Shown here piece after piece: positions 1-8,461 of a stretch of 61,697 nucleotides of DNA. The notes below the pieces were generated by a model. The model was not told where the DNA came from, searched no databases, and was given only the letters and a program-made list of their open reading frames with translations. Within the stretch, counting starts at the first letter, position 1, and each line of letters starts with the position of its first letter. Source of the stretch: Marinospirillum sp. (GTDB lineage Bacteria; Pseudomonadota; Gammaproteobacteria; Pseudomonadales; Halomonadaceae); assembly GCF_007119985.1 (NCBI RefSeq), contig NZ_SKOQ01000063.1. One strand, 5' to 3'. Both the position numbers and the translations under genes were made by a program.

Positions 1-1108
1 CGTTATGCGACTGGCGTGATTCACTGATCAAGTAACGTGTGAGGTCCATATTCTTCATGCCAACCGACATCAGCGGGAGTAGATTGCTGCTGCTGACCGA
101 GCAGAAGAGATCAAGGAAAGACCCCTGCTTAAGAAACTTGGTGGTAAAGCCAGCAAAAGGCCCGAAAAGGAGGGCTTTCTTACCGTTAATAATGCGCGTG
201 TCCAAGTGAGGAACGGACATGGGAGGCGCACCCAAGGGTGGCTTGCCGTAAACCTTGGCATGGTGTTGTTCGATCAGCTCAGGGTTTTTGCAGATCAGCC
301 ACTGGCCGCTGACCGGGAAGCCGCCGTAACCCAAGCCTTCTTTGATGCCTGTTTTTTGTAGCAAAGGCAGAGCAGCACCACCAGCACCAATGAAGATGAA
401 CTTGGCTTTGAGTTGGCCTTGGGTACCTTGCTGACGATTTTTGTATTTCACCAGCCACTGGCCATCGGATTGACGTTCAAACTGTTCGATCTGAGTGCTG
501 AGCAGGAGATCAAAATCCGGCTGCTGCTGTAAATTTTGGACTAGAGCACGGCTGAGGGCGCCAAAGTTGACATCCGAGCCGTAAGCCACTCGCGTTGCGG
601 CCACGGGTTCGCCAGCGGGGCGAGAGCGCATAATCAATGGCATCCACTGGTTGATCTGCTCTGGGTCTTCGCTGTACTCCATATCCTCGAATAAAGGCAT
701 TTGGCTCAGCGTCGCATAACGCTTGCGTAAAAAGCCGACATTCTTCTCACCCCAGACGAAGCTGCAGTGCGGCGAGGTATTGATGAATTGCTGTGGCTCG
801 GGTAGGGCGCCTTGCTCGACCAGATAAGACCAGAACTCCAAGCTTTGCTCAAAGGCGGTATTGATTTTGATCGCCTTGGTCGTATCGATCTCACCTTGGG
901 GTGTTTCAGGCGTGTAGTTTAACTCGCAGTAAGCAGCGTGACCTGTACCGGCATTATTGAGAGCATCAGTGCTTTCCTGAGCCACCTGATCAAGGCGTTC
1001 CACCATCGTTATACTCAGGGATGGATTGAGCTGCTTGAGTAGCATGCCAAGGGTTGAGCTCATGGCTCCGGCACCTACCAGCAATACATCCACATTCTTT
1101 GCTGTCAT
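1..1108 (-). CDS. mqo: Malate:quinone oxidoreductase (3' end runs off the window)
   Basis: Not in ORF track; hand translation from ATG at 1108 gives MTAKNVDVLLVGAGAMSSTLGMLLKQL...ESTDALNNAGTGHAAYCELNYTP (FAD-binding start plus the Mqo NNAGTGH..CELNY motif). Confidence 0.93.
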   Translation of the reverse strand, partial: MTAKNVDVLLVGAGAMSSTLGMLLKQLNPSLSITMVERLDQVAQESTDALNNAGTGHAAYCELNYTPETPQGEIDTTKAIKINTAFEQSLEFWSYLVEQGALPEPQQFINTSPHCSFVWGEKNVGFLRKRYATLSQMPLFEDMEYSEDPEQINQWMPLIMRSRPAGEPVAATRVAYGSDVNFGALSRALVQNLQQQPDFDLLLSTQIEQFERQSDGQWLVKYKNRQQGTQGQLKAKFIFIGAGGAALPLLQKTGIKEGLGYGGFPVSGQWLICKNPELIEQHHAKVYGKPPLGAPPMSVPHLDTRIINGKKALLFGPFAGFTTKFLKQGSFLDLFCSVSSSNLLPLMSVGMKNMDLTRYLISESRQSHN

Positions 1109-1426
1109 CTTGGTTATACCCTATCCAGTTTATTATGGAGGCGATTATAGGGAGGCACGGGTCACAATCAATGCACCTATAGTGGAATAGTGACAAGCTT
1201 GTGACCCAAGTATCAGAAATGGTTATAGGTGAATAGACAGCAAGAATAGGGCTTTGTTGCGGTGCCGTAAAGAGGTGGACGGGCTCATTGAGCGATGCGA
1301 TGACTCAGCGCTATAGGTTGATCTAGGTCAGTTGAGTTGATTTTGTCATGGCCAGTGAGAATCTGGCCCCTTTTTCTCCCTTTTTGCCATAAGGGTGGCT
1401 TATTGCAAAATAACTCTGTACAAGCC

Positions 1427-2353
1427 TTAGCTCGATTTTTGGTCTAGCCAAGTGCGCAGGCCGCTTGCCAATGCAGGAGCGAGATCAATCTGATTGGTGG
1501 GGTGTGGCACCGTGTTGCAGGTCACCAGTTGAGCCGTATGACTGGCTTTCAGTCTTTGCCATGCATTGGCTGCAAAGAGGCCATGCGTTGCGATGCACAC
1601 CGCAGGTGGCATGTGGGCAGTATGAAGATGGCTCAGCGTTTCCAGCAGAGTGTGGCCGCTGGAGATGATGTCATCAATCAGCACTGGAGTGTGGTCACGG
1701 TAGCGCTCGACATGCGGCACTGACACACGGACTTCGGTATCGCTCAGGCGTGTTTTGTCTAACACTTCAAAAGGCGCATGTGCCAGCTGAGCGACCTCTT
1801 CGACCCACTGGCGACTTTCGCTATCTGGCCCAATAATCAATGGCTGATAGACCTTTCTTTGTATCCAGTTAGCCACACTGGCTGATGAACGAATCACCAG
1901 ACTGGGCAAGCTGTAGATCTCATCGAGTGAGGCATAGCGATGAAGATGCGGATCCACCGTGACGAGAAAATCAAAGCTTTGTGAAATCCAGCGTGCAAAA
2001 TGGCGTGATGTGACGCATTCACCAGCCATAAAGCGCTTATCCTGGCGCATATAACTTAAATAAGGTGCCACTAACGCGATACGCGCTGCGCCCATTTCTC
2101 GTAAGAGCTCAGCCAGAAAGAGTAGGGGTAAGAGCTTGGGGTTGGGGTTGTGCAGGCTACAGACCAGCAAGCAATCGCGTGCATGTACATCCGTGATACT
2201 ACGCAGATAACTCTCTCCATCAGGGAAGAGGCGATAATCGAGTTGCCCAACCTCAGCATGGAGCTGCTCGATCAGATGGGTGGTGAGTTCCGCTGGGTCC
2301 TGATCGGGTTGCTCAAAAATCAGGTCAAGGTTAAACAGCAAGGGTGCTTTCAT
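1427..2353 (-). CDS. Ribose-phosphate pyrophosphokinase, atypical/secondary type
   Basis: FPDGE, APYLSYMRQD, VDPH, IGPD and PRPP-binding LIDDIISSGHT motifs; GAGG 7 nt before ATG 2353. Confidence 0.88.
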   Translation of the reverse strand: MKAPLLFNLDLIFEQPDQDPAELTTHLIEQLHAEVGQLDYRLFPDGESYLRSITDVHARDCLLVCSLHNPNPKLLPLLFLAELLREMGAARIALVAPYLSYMRQDKRFMAGECVTSRHFARWISQSFDFLVTVDPHLHRYASLDEIYSLPSLVIRSSASVANWIQRKVYQPLIIGPDSESRQWVEEVAQLAHAPFEVLDKTRLSDTEVRVSVPHVERYRDHTPVLIDDIISSGHTLLETLSHLHTAHMPPAVCIATHGLFAANAWQRLKASHTAQLVTCNTVPHPTNQIDLAPALASGLRTWLDQKSS

Positions 2354-2498
2354 CATCGAGCCTCAGTTTCTCAGGGGGCGGTTTCTGCTTGTATCTTAGA
2401 AGCTTGTTGCTGTGCTTGCCACCCAGAAGGGAGGCGGCGCATCGATCTTCTCTGGGTGTCTGAGGCTTTTGCATTGGCTGATCTGCACAGCTTCTTGC

Positions 2499-3734
2499 TC
2501 AAGGCTCTAGATAAGCGGCTGGCAAATCGGCGCAGAGCACTAGGAGTTGTGCTGGCTGGCCAACTTGAAGTGCGATAGAAAGGGTCCGATCAAGGCTGGC
2601 ATCTGGCAGGCCGAGGTAGGGTTCAGAAAGCTGAATTTGCCCTGGTTGCTCTAGTGCTTTACGAAAATAACTTCTTCTGGCCCAGAGGGCGCCAACACTT
2701 TTGCTTAGAGGGCGGTAGATGGCCGCGGTTTTTTTATCCGCAGCGCAGATGTTTTCAACCGTTTGCACCCCTTGCGCATTGAGCAGGTAAACTCGCTCAA
2801 TGGCGGGATGGTTTTGTAAGGCCAGCGTCGATTGAGCAAAGTTGCCCTGGCTTTGCAAGGCTTGAGCCGCTTGTAAAAGATGGTTTTTAATTTCTTTCTC
2901 TTTACTCAGTTGCGCAAAATGGCGCTGGAGCTGGCCTTTTAATGCTTGCTGGTGCAGGCCATGAATAGAATCCACCAGCCGCGTTTCTTCAAAAGCGCCG
3001 TCAGCGCTGGGGCGTGCAAAATAGTAGCCTTGTGCTAGGTCAGCTTCACTATCCAATGTGAGCAGGGCGTCATCCTCTGTTTCAACGCCTTCAAGCAGTA
3101 CCAGTGCGCCAGTTTCACGCAATAGCGCGATACAGCGTGCCAGCCAGCGCTGACGCTTGCTGTTATTGCGTGCATTGACCAGCATAGAGCGATCCAGCTT
3201 GACGATATGCGGTTCGAGTTGCCAAATGCGATCAAAATTGGATGCACCAGTGCCAAAGTCATCAATGGCGATCAGATAGCCTGCGGCCTTGTAGTGTTCA
3301 ACAAAGGCTTTGAGTTGCTGGGGGTCCTCAATCGCATCTTCAAGAATTTCAAGCACCATGCGCTCACTACCGAGACCTTTGCGTTCTAAAAAGCGTTTTA
3401 AAAAGGCTGAGCGATGATTGTCAGGATGAATCGTCTCGCTGCGTAGATTTAAGAATAGCCATTGATCTTCAGTAGTGAGCTGGCTAAAGGCTTGTAGATG
3501 GCTTGAAATACACGCGCGATCAAATTGCTGGATACGCCCCTCAAGGTTGGCTCGTTGGAAAGCCTCGATAGGCGAGCAGCTTTGGCCAGCAATGGAAGCT
3601 CTCAGTAGGGCTTCATAGCCCACAACACGCCGATGCGTCAGACTGATAATCGGTTGGAAGTGGCTGTGTATACGCATAGCGTCCTGGCTTCCTTGTATAG
3701 AAAGAAGGTGAAGTGGCAGGTGTATTGAACTCAT
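2499..3734 (-). CDS. EAL-domain c-di-GMP phosphodiesterase with C-terminal YkuI_C/Cache-like domain
   Basis: FQPI..GYEALLR, LFLN, LEILE, IAIDDFGTG, VKLD, EGVE, AQGYYF; C-terminal W..RSYF...SEPY segment. Confidence 0.88.
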   Translation of the reverse strand: MSSIHLPLHLLSIQGSQDAMRIHSHFQPIISLTHRRVVGYEALLRASIAGQSCSPIEAFQRANLEGRIQQFDRACISSHLQAFSQLTTEDQWLFLNLRSETIHPDNHRSAFLKRFLERKGLGSERMVLEILEDAIEDPQQLKAFVEHYKAAGYLIAIDDFGTGASNFDRIWQLEPHIVKLDRSMLVNARNNSKRQRWLARCIALLRETGALVLLEGVETEDDALLTLDSEADLAQGYYFARPSADGAFEETRLVDSIHGLHQQALKGQLQRHFAQLSKEKEIKNHLLQAAQALQSQGNFAQSTLALQNHPAIERVYLLNAQGVQTVENICAADKKTAAIYRPLSKSVGALWARRSYFRKALEQPGQIQLSEPYLGLPDASLDRTLSIALQVGQPAQLLVLCADLPAAYLEP

Positions 3735-4058
3735 AGTTTATAGGATGAACACCGGTCAAGGAGTGAATGATCATGTTTTTTTACGCAAGAAACGGGCCAA
3801 GGCAAGACTTGCCCTTGTACAGGGCAGAAGACCAAGCGCCTTGCCCAGAAGGAGTGCGTTTTTGTGTGCTAAGCCTGAATCGTGATTCTTCTTGGTGCAT
3901 TTGGGTTGTCTGTCCTGCATTCATTCGTTGGATGCCCCCTCTTGGCGCTGGATTCCAGGGTAGGGGCGGTTCAAAAACGCGCAAAGTGTAGTAAACTCGC
4001 TGTTTTTGCTTCACATCGATTCCACGCTTTTTAACTCTGAACAAAATAGGATAATCAG

Positions 4059-4772
4059 ATGGGACGTGCCTTCCAAAACCGCAAAGAATCCATGGCGAAA
4101 ACCGCTGCGGTGAAAACCAAGGTGTATAGCAAATATGGGCGTGAGATCTATGCCTGTGCTAAATCAGGCGGGGCCGACCCGAGCGCGAACCTCACCCTGC
4201 GCGGCTTGCTTGAAAAAGCCAAAAAAGATCAAGTGCCTGGGCATGTTATTGATAAGGCCTTAGAAAAAGCCCAGGGCGCCGGTGGTGAGGATTTTGCTGT
4301 CGCGCGCTATGAAGGTTATGGCCCTGGCAATGTCATGGCGATTGTCAGCTGTCTAACAGACAACCCGAACCGGACTTTTGGCGATGTACGCCAGTGCTTT
4401 ACAAAAGTGAAGTGTAAAATTGGTACGCAGGGCAGCGTTAGCCACTTGTTTGATCACTGCGCGATCTTTGTCTTTCAAGGTGATGAAGAGGCAGTTTTAG
4501 AAGCGCTGATGGAGGCGGATGTCGATGTCACTGATATCGAAAACGAAGACGGCCAGATTACTGTTTTTGCGCCTCACACGGATTATGCCAAGGCTCGCCA
4601 AGCGCTGGTCGCGGCTTTTGGGGAGCTGGATTTTGCCGTTGATGAGATCCAGTTTGTCCCGCAGGTGATGACCCCAGTGAGTGATGAAGATCGCCCTCAG
4701 CTGGAAAAGTTCTTGGATTTACTGCAAGACTTGGATGACGTACAGAACGTCTATCACAACGCTGAACTTTAA
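4059..4772 (+). CDS. YebC/PmpR family protein
   Basis: YEGYGPG, TDNPNRT and C-terminal DDVQNVYHN motifs. Confidence 0.92.
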   Translation: MGRAFQNRKESMAKTAAVKTKVYSKYGREIYACAKSGGADPSANLTLRGLLEKAKKDQVPGHVIDKALEKAQGAGGEDFAVARYEGYGPGNVMAIVSCLTDNPNRTFGDVRQCFTKVKCKIGTQGSVSHLFDHCAIFVFQGDEEAVLEALMEADVDVTDIENEDGQITVFAPHTDYAKARQALVAAFGELDFAVDEIQFVPQVMTPVSDEDRPQLEKFLDLLQDLDDVQNVYHNAEL

Positions 4773-4791
4773 AATACATCTTGATGATCAT

Positions 4792-4827
4792 CACTGAGTC
4801 GGTGCCTTGTACCGGCTCAGTGTTTTT
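4792..4827 (+). terminator. Intrinsic terminator after yebC-family gene
   Basis: CACTGAGTCGGT...ACCGGCTCAGTG stem followed by TTTTT. Confidence 0.75.
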
Positions 4828-4845
4828 ATTTTTGCTGATCGCTAT

Positions 4846-4935
4846 AAGAAAGTGAATCCAATCAAGCAAGTCAATAAGATCAAGTCAGTGAACGCAATCA
4901 AGAAGATCAACGAAATTAAGAAGATCAATAAGGCG
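4846..4935 (+). repeat. Degenerate 9/18-bp tandem repeat upstream of and in frame with purU
   Basis: aagaaagtgaatccaatc/aagcaagtcaataagatc/aagtcagtgaacgcaatc/aagaagatcaacgaaatt/aagaagatcaataaggcg. Confidence 0.7.
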
Positions 4936-4944
4936 AAGATGGCA

Positions 4945-5799
4945 ATGCACCCAACTTATACATTAACAATTTCCTGTCCTGACCGTGTTGGTATCGTGGC
5001 GAAGGTGAGTAACTTTCTGGCGATGTATGGCGGCTGGATTACGGAAGCCAATCACCACTCGGATTTAGAAGTGCAGCAGTTTTTTATGCGCCATGAGATT
5101 CGTGCAGACTCCTTGCCTTTTGGCCTAGATGCTTTTCGTACGGCATTTAGCCCGATAGCGAAAGAATATGACATGCAGTGGCAAATTTCAGATTCACAAA
5201 CGCGTAAGCGTGTCGTGCTGATGTGCTCTAAAGAGGCCCACTGCATGGTCGACTTATTGCATCGCTGGCAAAGTGGTGAGCTGGCCTGCGACATTCCGCT
5301 GGTGATTTCGAATCATCAGGATTTACAGGAATTGGTTGAATGGCACGGGATTCCTTTTGTCCATGTGCCGGTGCGCAAAGATAATAAAGCAGAAGCCTAT
5401 GCTGAAATCGAAAGACTGATTGATGAGGCGCAGGCCGATACCGTGGTTTTAGCGCGCTATATGCAAATTATTCCACCGGCGCTTTGCGAGAAGTATGCGC
5501 ATCAAATTATTAATATTCATCATAGCTTTTTGCCTTCCTTTGCTGGCGCGAAGCCCTATCATCAGGCCTATGAGCGGGGCGTCAAGTTGATCGGGGCTAC
5601 CTGTCACTATGTGACTGAAGAGCTGGATGCAGGTCCGATTATTGATCAGGATATCGTGCGTGTGAATCATCGCCAGACTGCGGCGGATATGGTGCGCCTT
5701 GGCCGTGATGTTGAGAAGGCTGTTTTGGCGCGGGGCTTGATGTGGCACTTGCAAGATCGCGTGCTGGTGCATGGCAACAAGACGGTGGTATTTAACTAA
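4945..5799 (+). CDS. purU: Formyltetrahydrofolate deformylase
   Basis: N-terminal ACT (ISCPDRVGIVA), LARYMQI, INIHHSFLP, LDAGPII; start 4939 or 4945. Confidence 0.95.
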   Translation: MHPTYTLTISCPDRVGIVAKVSNFLAMYGGWITEANHHSDLEVQQFFMRHEIRADSLPFGLDAFRTAFSPIAKEYDMQWQISDSQTRKRVVLMCSKEAHCMVDLLHRWQSGELACDIPLVISNHQDLQELVEWHGIPFVHVPVRKDNKAEAYAEIERLIDEAQADTVVLARYMQIIPPALCEKYAHQIINIHHSFLPSFAGAKPYHQAYERGVKLIGATCHYVTEELDAGPIIDQDIVRVNHRQTAADMVRLGRDVEKAVLARGLMWHLQDRVLVHGNKTVVFN

Positions 5800-6158
5800 T
5801 GTTGCTTGGCTTTGCTTGGTTATTGTTTTTTCAGTTGGCTGGGGAGCTGTTGGTGCGTGTCATCGGCTTGCCAGTGCCCGGCCCTGTATTGGGGATGGCG
5901 CTGATGCTGACGGTGCTGCTGTTGAAACGCCAAGTACCGAGTGATGTTCGCGCAGCGAGTGAAGGCTTGCTGCGCTACCTGCCACTCTTGTTTGTCCCTG
6001 CGGGTGTGGGCTTGATTAATTTTGGCCGCCTGTTGCAGCAGGATTGGTGGGTGATCGCGGTGACTTTGGTGGTGAGTACGGCGCTGACTTTAGTCGTTAC
6101 GCTGTTGGTGTTGCAGTTTTTACGCCGCCATCTGACGAAGGAGACGCCAGATGCCTGA
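5799..6158 (+). CDS. CidA/LrgA family membrane protein
   Basis: 119 aa hydrophobic; PGPVLGM, LFVPAGVG; TAATG overlap with purU. Confidence 0.9.
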   Translation: MLLGFAWLLFFQLAGELLVRVIGLPVPGPVLGMALMLTVLLLKRQVPSDVRAASEGLLRYLPLLFVPAGVGLINFGRLLQQDWWVIAVTLVVSTALTLVVTLLVLQFLRRHLTKETPDA

Positions 6159-6933
6159 TCACTCCGTACTAGATGGCTCTGTATTGGATGCCTCTGTATT
6201 AGATAACCTTGTCGTCCCTCAGAGCTTTGTTGATTTGTGGGTGTATCTGGCCGCCAGTCCATTGTTACATCTGTTGTTGACGCTCTTGGCTTTTATGGCA
6301 GCGCAGTGGATTAATCGGCGTGCACGCGGTACGCCCTTTTTGCATCCGGTTTTGGTGGCGATTGCGCTGTTGGTCGGCTTTTTGCTGCTCACCGAGACGC
6401 CTTATCATGTCTACTTTGAAGGTGCGCAGTTTATTCACTTTCTGCTGGGTCCAGCGATTGTGGCTTTGGCTGTCCCCCTCTTTGATCACCGCGAGCGGAT
6501 TCGGCGCGAGTTTGTGCCGCTGATTTTGGCGTGCCTAGCGGGTATCTTGACGGCGGTTCTTTCCACCTATTTTCTGGTGACCTGGCTGGGTGGAGAGCAG
6601 GGCACGCTGCTCTCTTTGCTGCCTAAATCCGTGACCTCGCCGATCGCGATGGGTATTGCTGAGCAGCTGGGTGGTTTTCCTGCCTTGGCCGCGGGCATCG
6701 TGCTGATTACCGGTGCGGTGGGGTGTGTGCTGGGGCCGTTTATTTTTCGTTGGTTGAAAATAGAAGATCAGGCAGTGCAGGGCTTTGCGATGGGCTTAGC
6801 TGCGCATGGTTTTGGTACAGCACAAAGCTTTAGTGTGAGCCAACTGGCCGGTGCTTTTGCCGGCTTGTCGATGGGATTAACTGGCTTGTTGAGCGCTTTT
6901 TTGATCCCGTTGCTGGTGCGTCTACTGGGTTAA
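6151..6933 (+). CDS. LrgB/CidB family membrane protein
   Basis: LLGPAIVALAVPL, PKSVTSPIA, AHGFGTA; overlaps cidA/lrgA. Confidence 0.92.
   Translation: MPDHSVLDGSVLDASVLDNLVVPQSFVDLWVYLAASPLLHLLLTLLAFMAAQWINRRARGTPFLHPVLVAIALLVGFLLLTETPYHVYFEGAQFIHFLLGPAIVALAVPLFDHRERIRREFVPLILACLAGILTAVLSTYFLVTWLGGEQGTLLSLLPKSVTSPIAMGIAEQLGGFPALAAGIVLITGAVGCVLGPFIFRWLKIEDQAVQGFAMGLAAHGFGTAQSFSVSQLAGAFAGLSMGLTGLLSAFLIPLLVRLLG
6163..6207 (+). repeat. 3 x 15-bp imperfect tandem repeat (SVLDx)
   Basis: tccgtactagatggc/tctgtattggatgcc/tctgtattagataac. Confidence 0.75.
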
Positions 6934-6956
6934 TCGCTGAGTGAGCTACAAAGCAC

Positions 6957-6995
6957 AACGCCCCATGCAGTTTTTGGCTGGATGGGGCGTTTTTT
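6957..6995. terminator. Terminator between convergent lrgB and HAD phosphatase
   Basis: AACGCCCCAT...ATGGGGCGTT stem with T-run. Confidence 0.75.
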
Positions 6996-7014
6996 AGTGC
7001 ACGTTTAACCTAGT

Positions 7015-7722
7015 CTAGCCAAAAGCAAAAGTCAGTTCATCGGCCAGGCGGGGTTGGAGCCAGTGCACCAGTGCTGCTGCTGTTTCAGCAATAAAGTCAC
7101 TCTGCCAGTGCTGGGGATTTTCATCGCGTGGAATATAGCCAAAGCCAGCCGTCAGGGTGCGCATACCCGCTCTTTTTCCGGCTTCGATATCCCGTTGATG
7201 ATCTCCGATATACACGCAAGCCTCAGGGGCAACGGCCAGTTGGCGCGCGGCAAAAAGCAGTGGGGCAGGATCAGGTTTACTGACGCCCAAGTCTTCAGGG
7301 CACACCACCACTTGAGGATGAAGCTTGAGGCCGCGTAAAACTAATTCGGTATAGAGGCGAGGTTTGTTCGTCACAATACCCCAAGGCAGGGGTTGGCGTT
7401 CCAGTTGGAGCAGCAGTTGATCTAGGCCGGGAAAGACTTGGCTGTATTCTGCTGGTGCCTGTGCGTAGAGATCAAGCAGCCTTTGTCTGAGTCGAGGCTG
7501 GTCAGGGTGTTCGCTCGTGAGTCCAAAGCCCAGCTGGATCAGGGCGTTACCACCATTCGAAACTTGATCCCGAATAGCCGCATAAGGGAGAGGTGAAAGC
7601 CCTTCTTCTTCGCGCAGGCGGTTCAGGGCCTGAGCGAGATCAGGTGCGGTATCAACGAGTGTGCCATCCAGGTCAAATAAAATGGCCTGGATGGGCTGAC
7701 TTCGTGGGGGCTCGGTGTCCAA
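7015..7722 (-). CDS. HAD-IA phosphatase (MupP/Gph-like)
   Basis: FDLDGTLVDT, VTNK, KPDP, IGD...D motifs; downstream of ubiG as mupP is in Pseudomonas. Confidence 0.85.
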   Translation of the reverse strand: MDTEPPRSQPIQAILFDLDGTLVDTAPDLAQALNRLREEEGLSPLPYAAIRDQVSNGGNALIQLGFGLTSEHPDQPRLRQRLLDLYAQAPAEYSQVFPGLDQLLLQLERQPLPWGIVTNKPRLYTELVLRGLKLHPQVVVCPEDLGVSKPDPAPLLFAARQLAVAPEACVYIGDHQRDIEAGKRAGMRTLTAGFGYIPRDENPQHWQSDFIAETAAALVHWLQPRLADELTFAFG

Positions 7723-7739
7723 CTTGTTCTCCTTGGTGT

Positions 7740-8459
7740 TTAGGGGTAGGGCACAAATTCAAGCGTACGGCGTTCTGAACTCAATAAATGTAGACGCCCT
7801 TCGCTATCGAGGTCAAATCCATTCACCTGATTTAAACGCTGATAGAAATCCTGTTCGCGTGTCATGGCTGGCTCAGCACAGGCCATGCGGGTTGAGGCGA
7901 GGGGCAAGAAAGTGAGGCTTTCTCCGCTGAGTGTGAAGCGGCCTGAGAAGCGATTGCAGCCACTGAAGCCATAAACCTGCCCTTCGCTGGTGAAGGTAAC
8001 TTCCAGTGGCTTTTGCTCTGCGTTGGCTTCTTGCCAGCGTCCGACGAGGAGGCTCAGTGGATCACCGCCACAGCCTTGGAGTTGTGCATCGCCATCTGTG
8101 TGCGTTGGCGTGATGCTGACGCTATAGGGGTGTGGCATGCCACTCATGCTATCGTGGCAGACCTGCTCCCGAATCTGGATGCGCAGCTGTTCGGTCTCGA
8201 TCTGCTGGGCTAATCCATCACTATTGTGAATAGTCTGTCTCTGCCAAGAAGGGGTATAGCCTTGCGCAAAATACACCTGCTCTTGCTCAATACGCAATTG
8301 CCAAGGCGGTTCGTTGCCACCAGCTTGAAAGTCAGCAGGCAAGTTCAGCTCAGGCGTTGCTTCTGAGGAGGTTAAAGGCAGGCTGCAACCGCTGATTAGC
8401 AATACTAAGCTGGCCGCGCCAAGCAGGGGTAGGCCTGCGCGAAAAGAAAAGAAAGCCAT
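7740..8459 (-). CDS. Lipoprotein with GNEPxW membrane-protein domain plus META (HslJ-like) domain
   Basis: Lipobox LISGC; GGNEPPW..CHDSMSG..GCGG; META GFSGCNRF..ASTRMAC. Confidence 0.85.
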   Translation of the reverse strand: MAFFSFRAGLPLLGAASLVLLISGCSLPLTSSEATPELNLPADFQAGGNEPPWQLRIEQEQVYFAQGYTPSWQRQTIHNSDGLAQQIETEQLRIQIREQVCHDSMSGMPHPYSVSITPTHTDGDAQLQGCGGDPLSLLVGRWQEANAEQKPLEVTFTSEGQVYGFSGCNRFSGRFTLSGESLTFLPLASTRMACAEPAMTREQDFYQRLNQVNGFDLDSEGRLHLLSSERRTLEFVPYP

Positions 8460-8461
8460 GA

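Noticed and set aside
1318..1331. FNR/Anr-like TTGATctagGTCAG upstream of mqo
   Set aside because: Two mismatches in the right half-site; too weak alone
3767..4044. Short ORFs in the EAL/yebC gap
   Set aside because: No recognisable motifs; region is needed for two divergent promoters
4796..4805. GAGTCGGTGC, matching the 3' end of the SpCas9 tracrRNA
   Set aside because: 10-nt chance match inside an ordinary terminator; no cas genes or array
4846..4935. Repeat tract as a CRISPR array
   Set aside because: Units are 9/18 bp, contiguous and degenerate, with no spacers
5799..6933. CidA/LrgA holin-like genes as a prophage remnant
   Set aside because: Common chromosomal pair; no phage genes nearby
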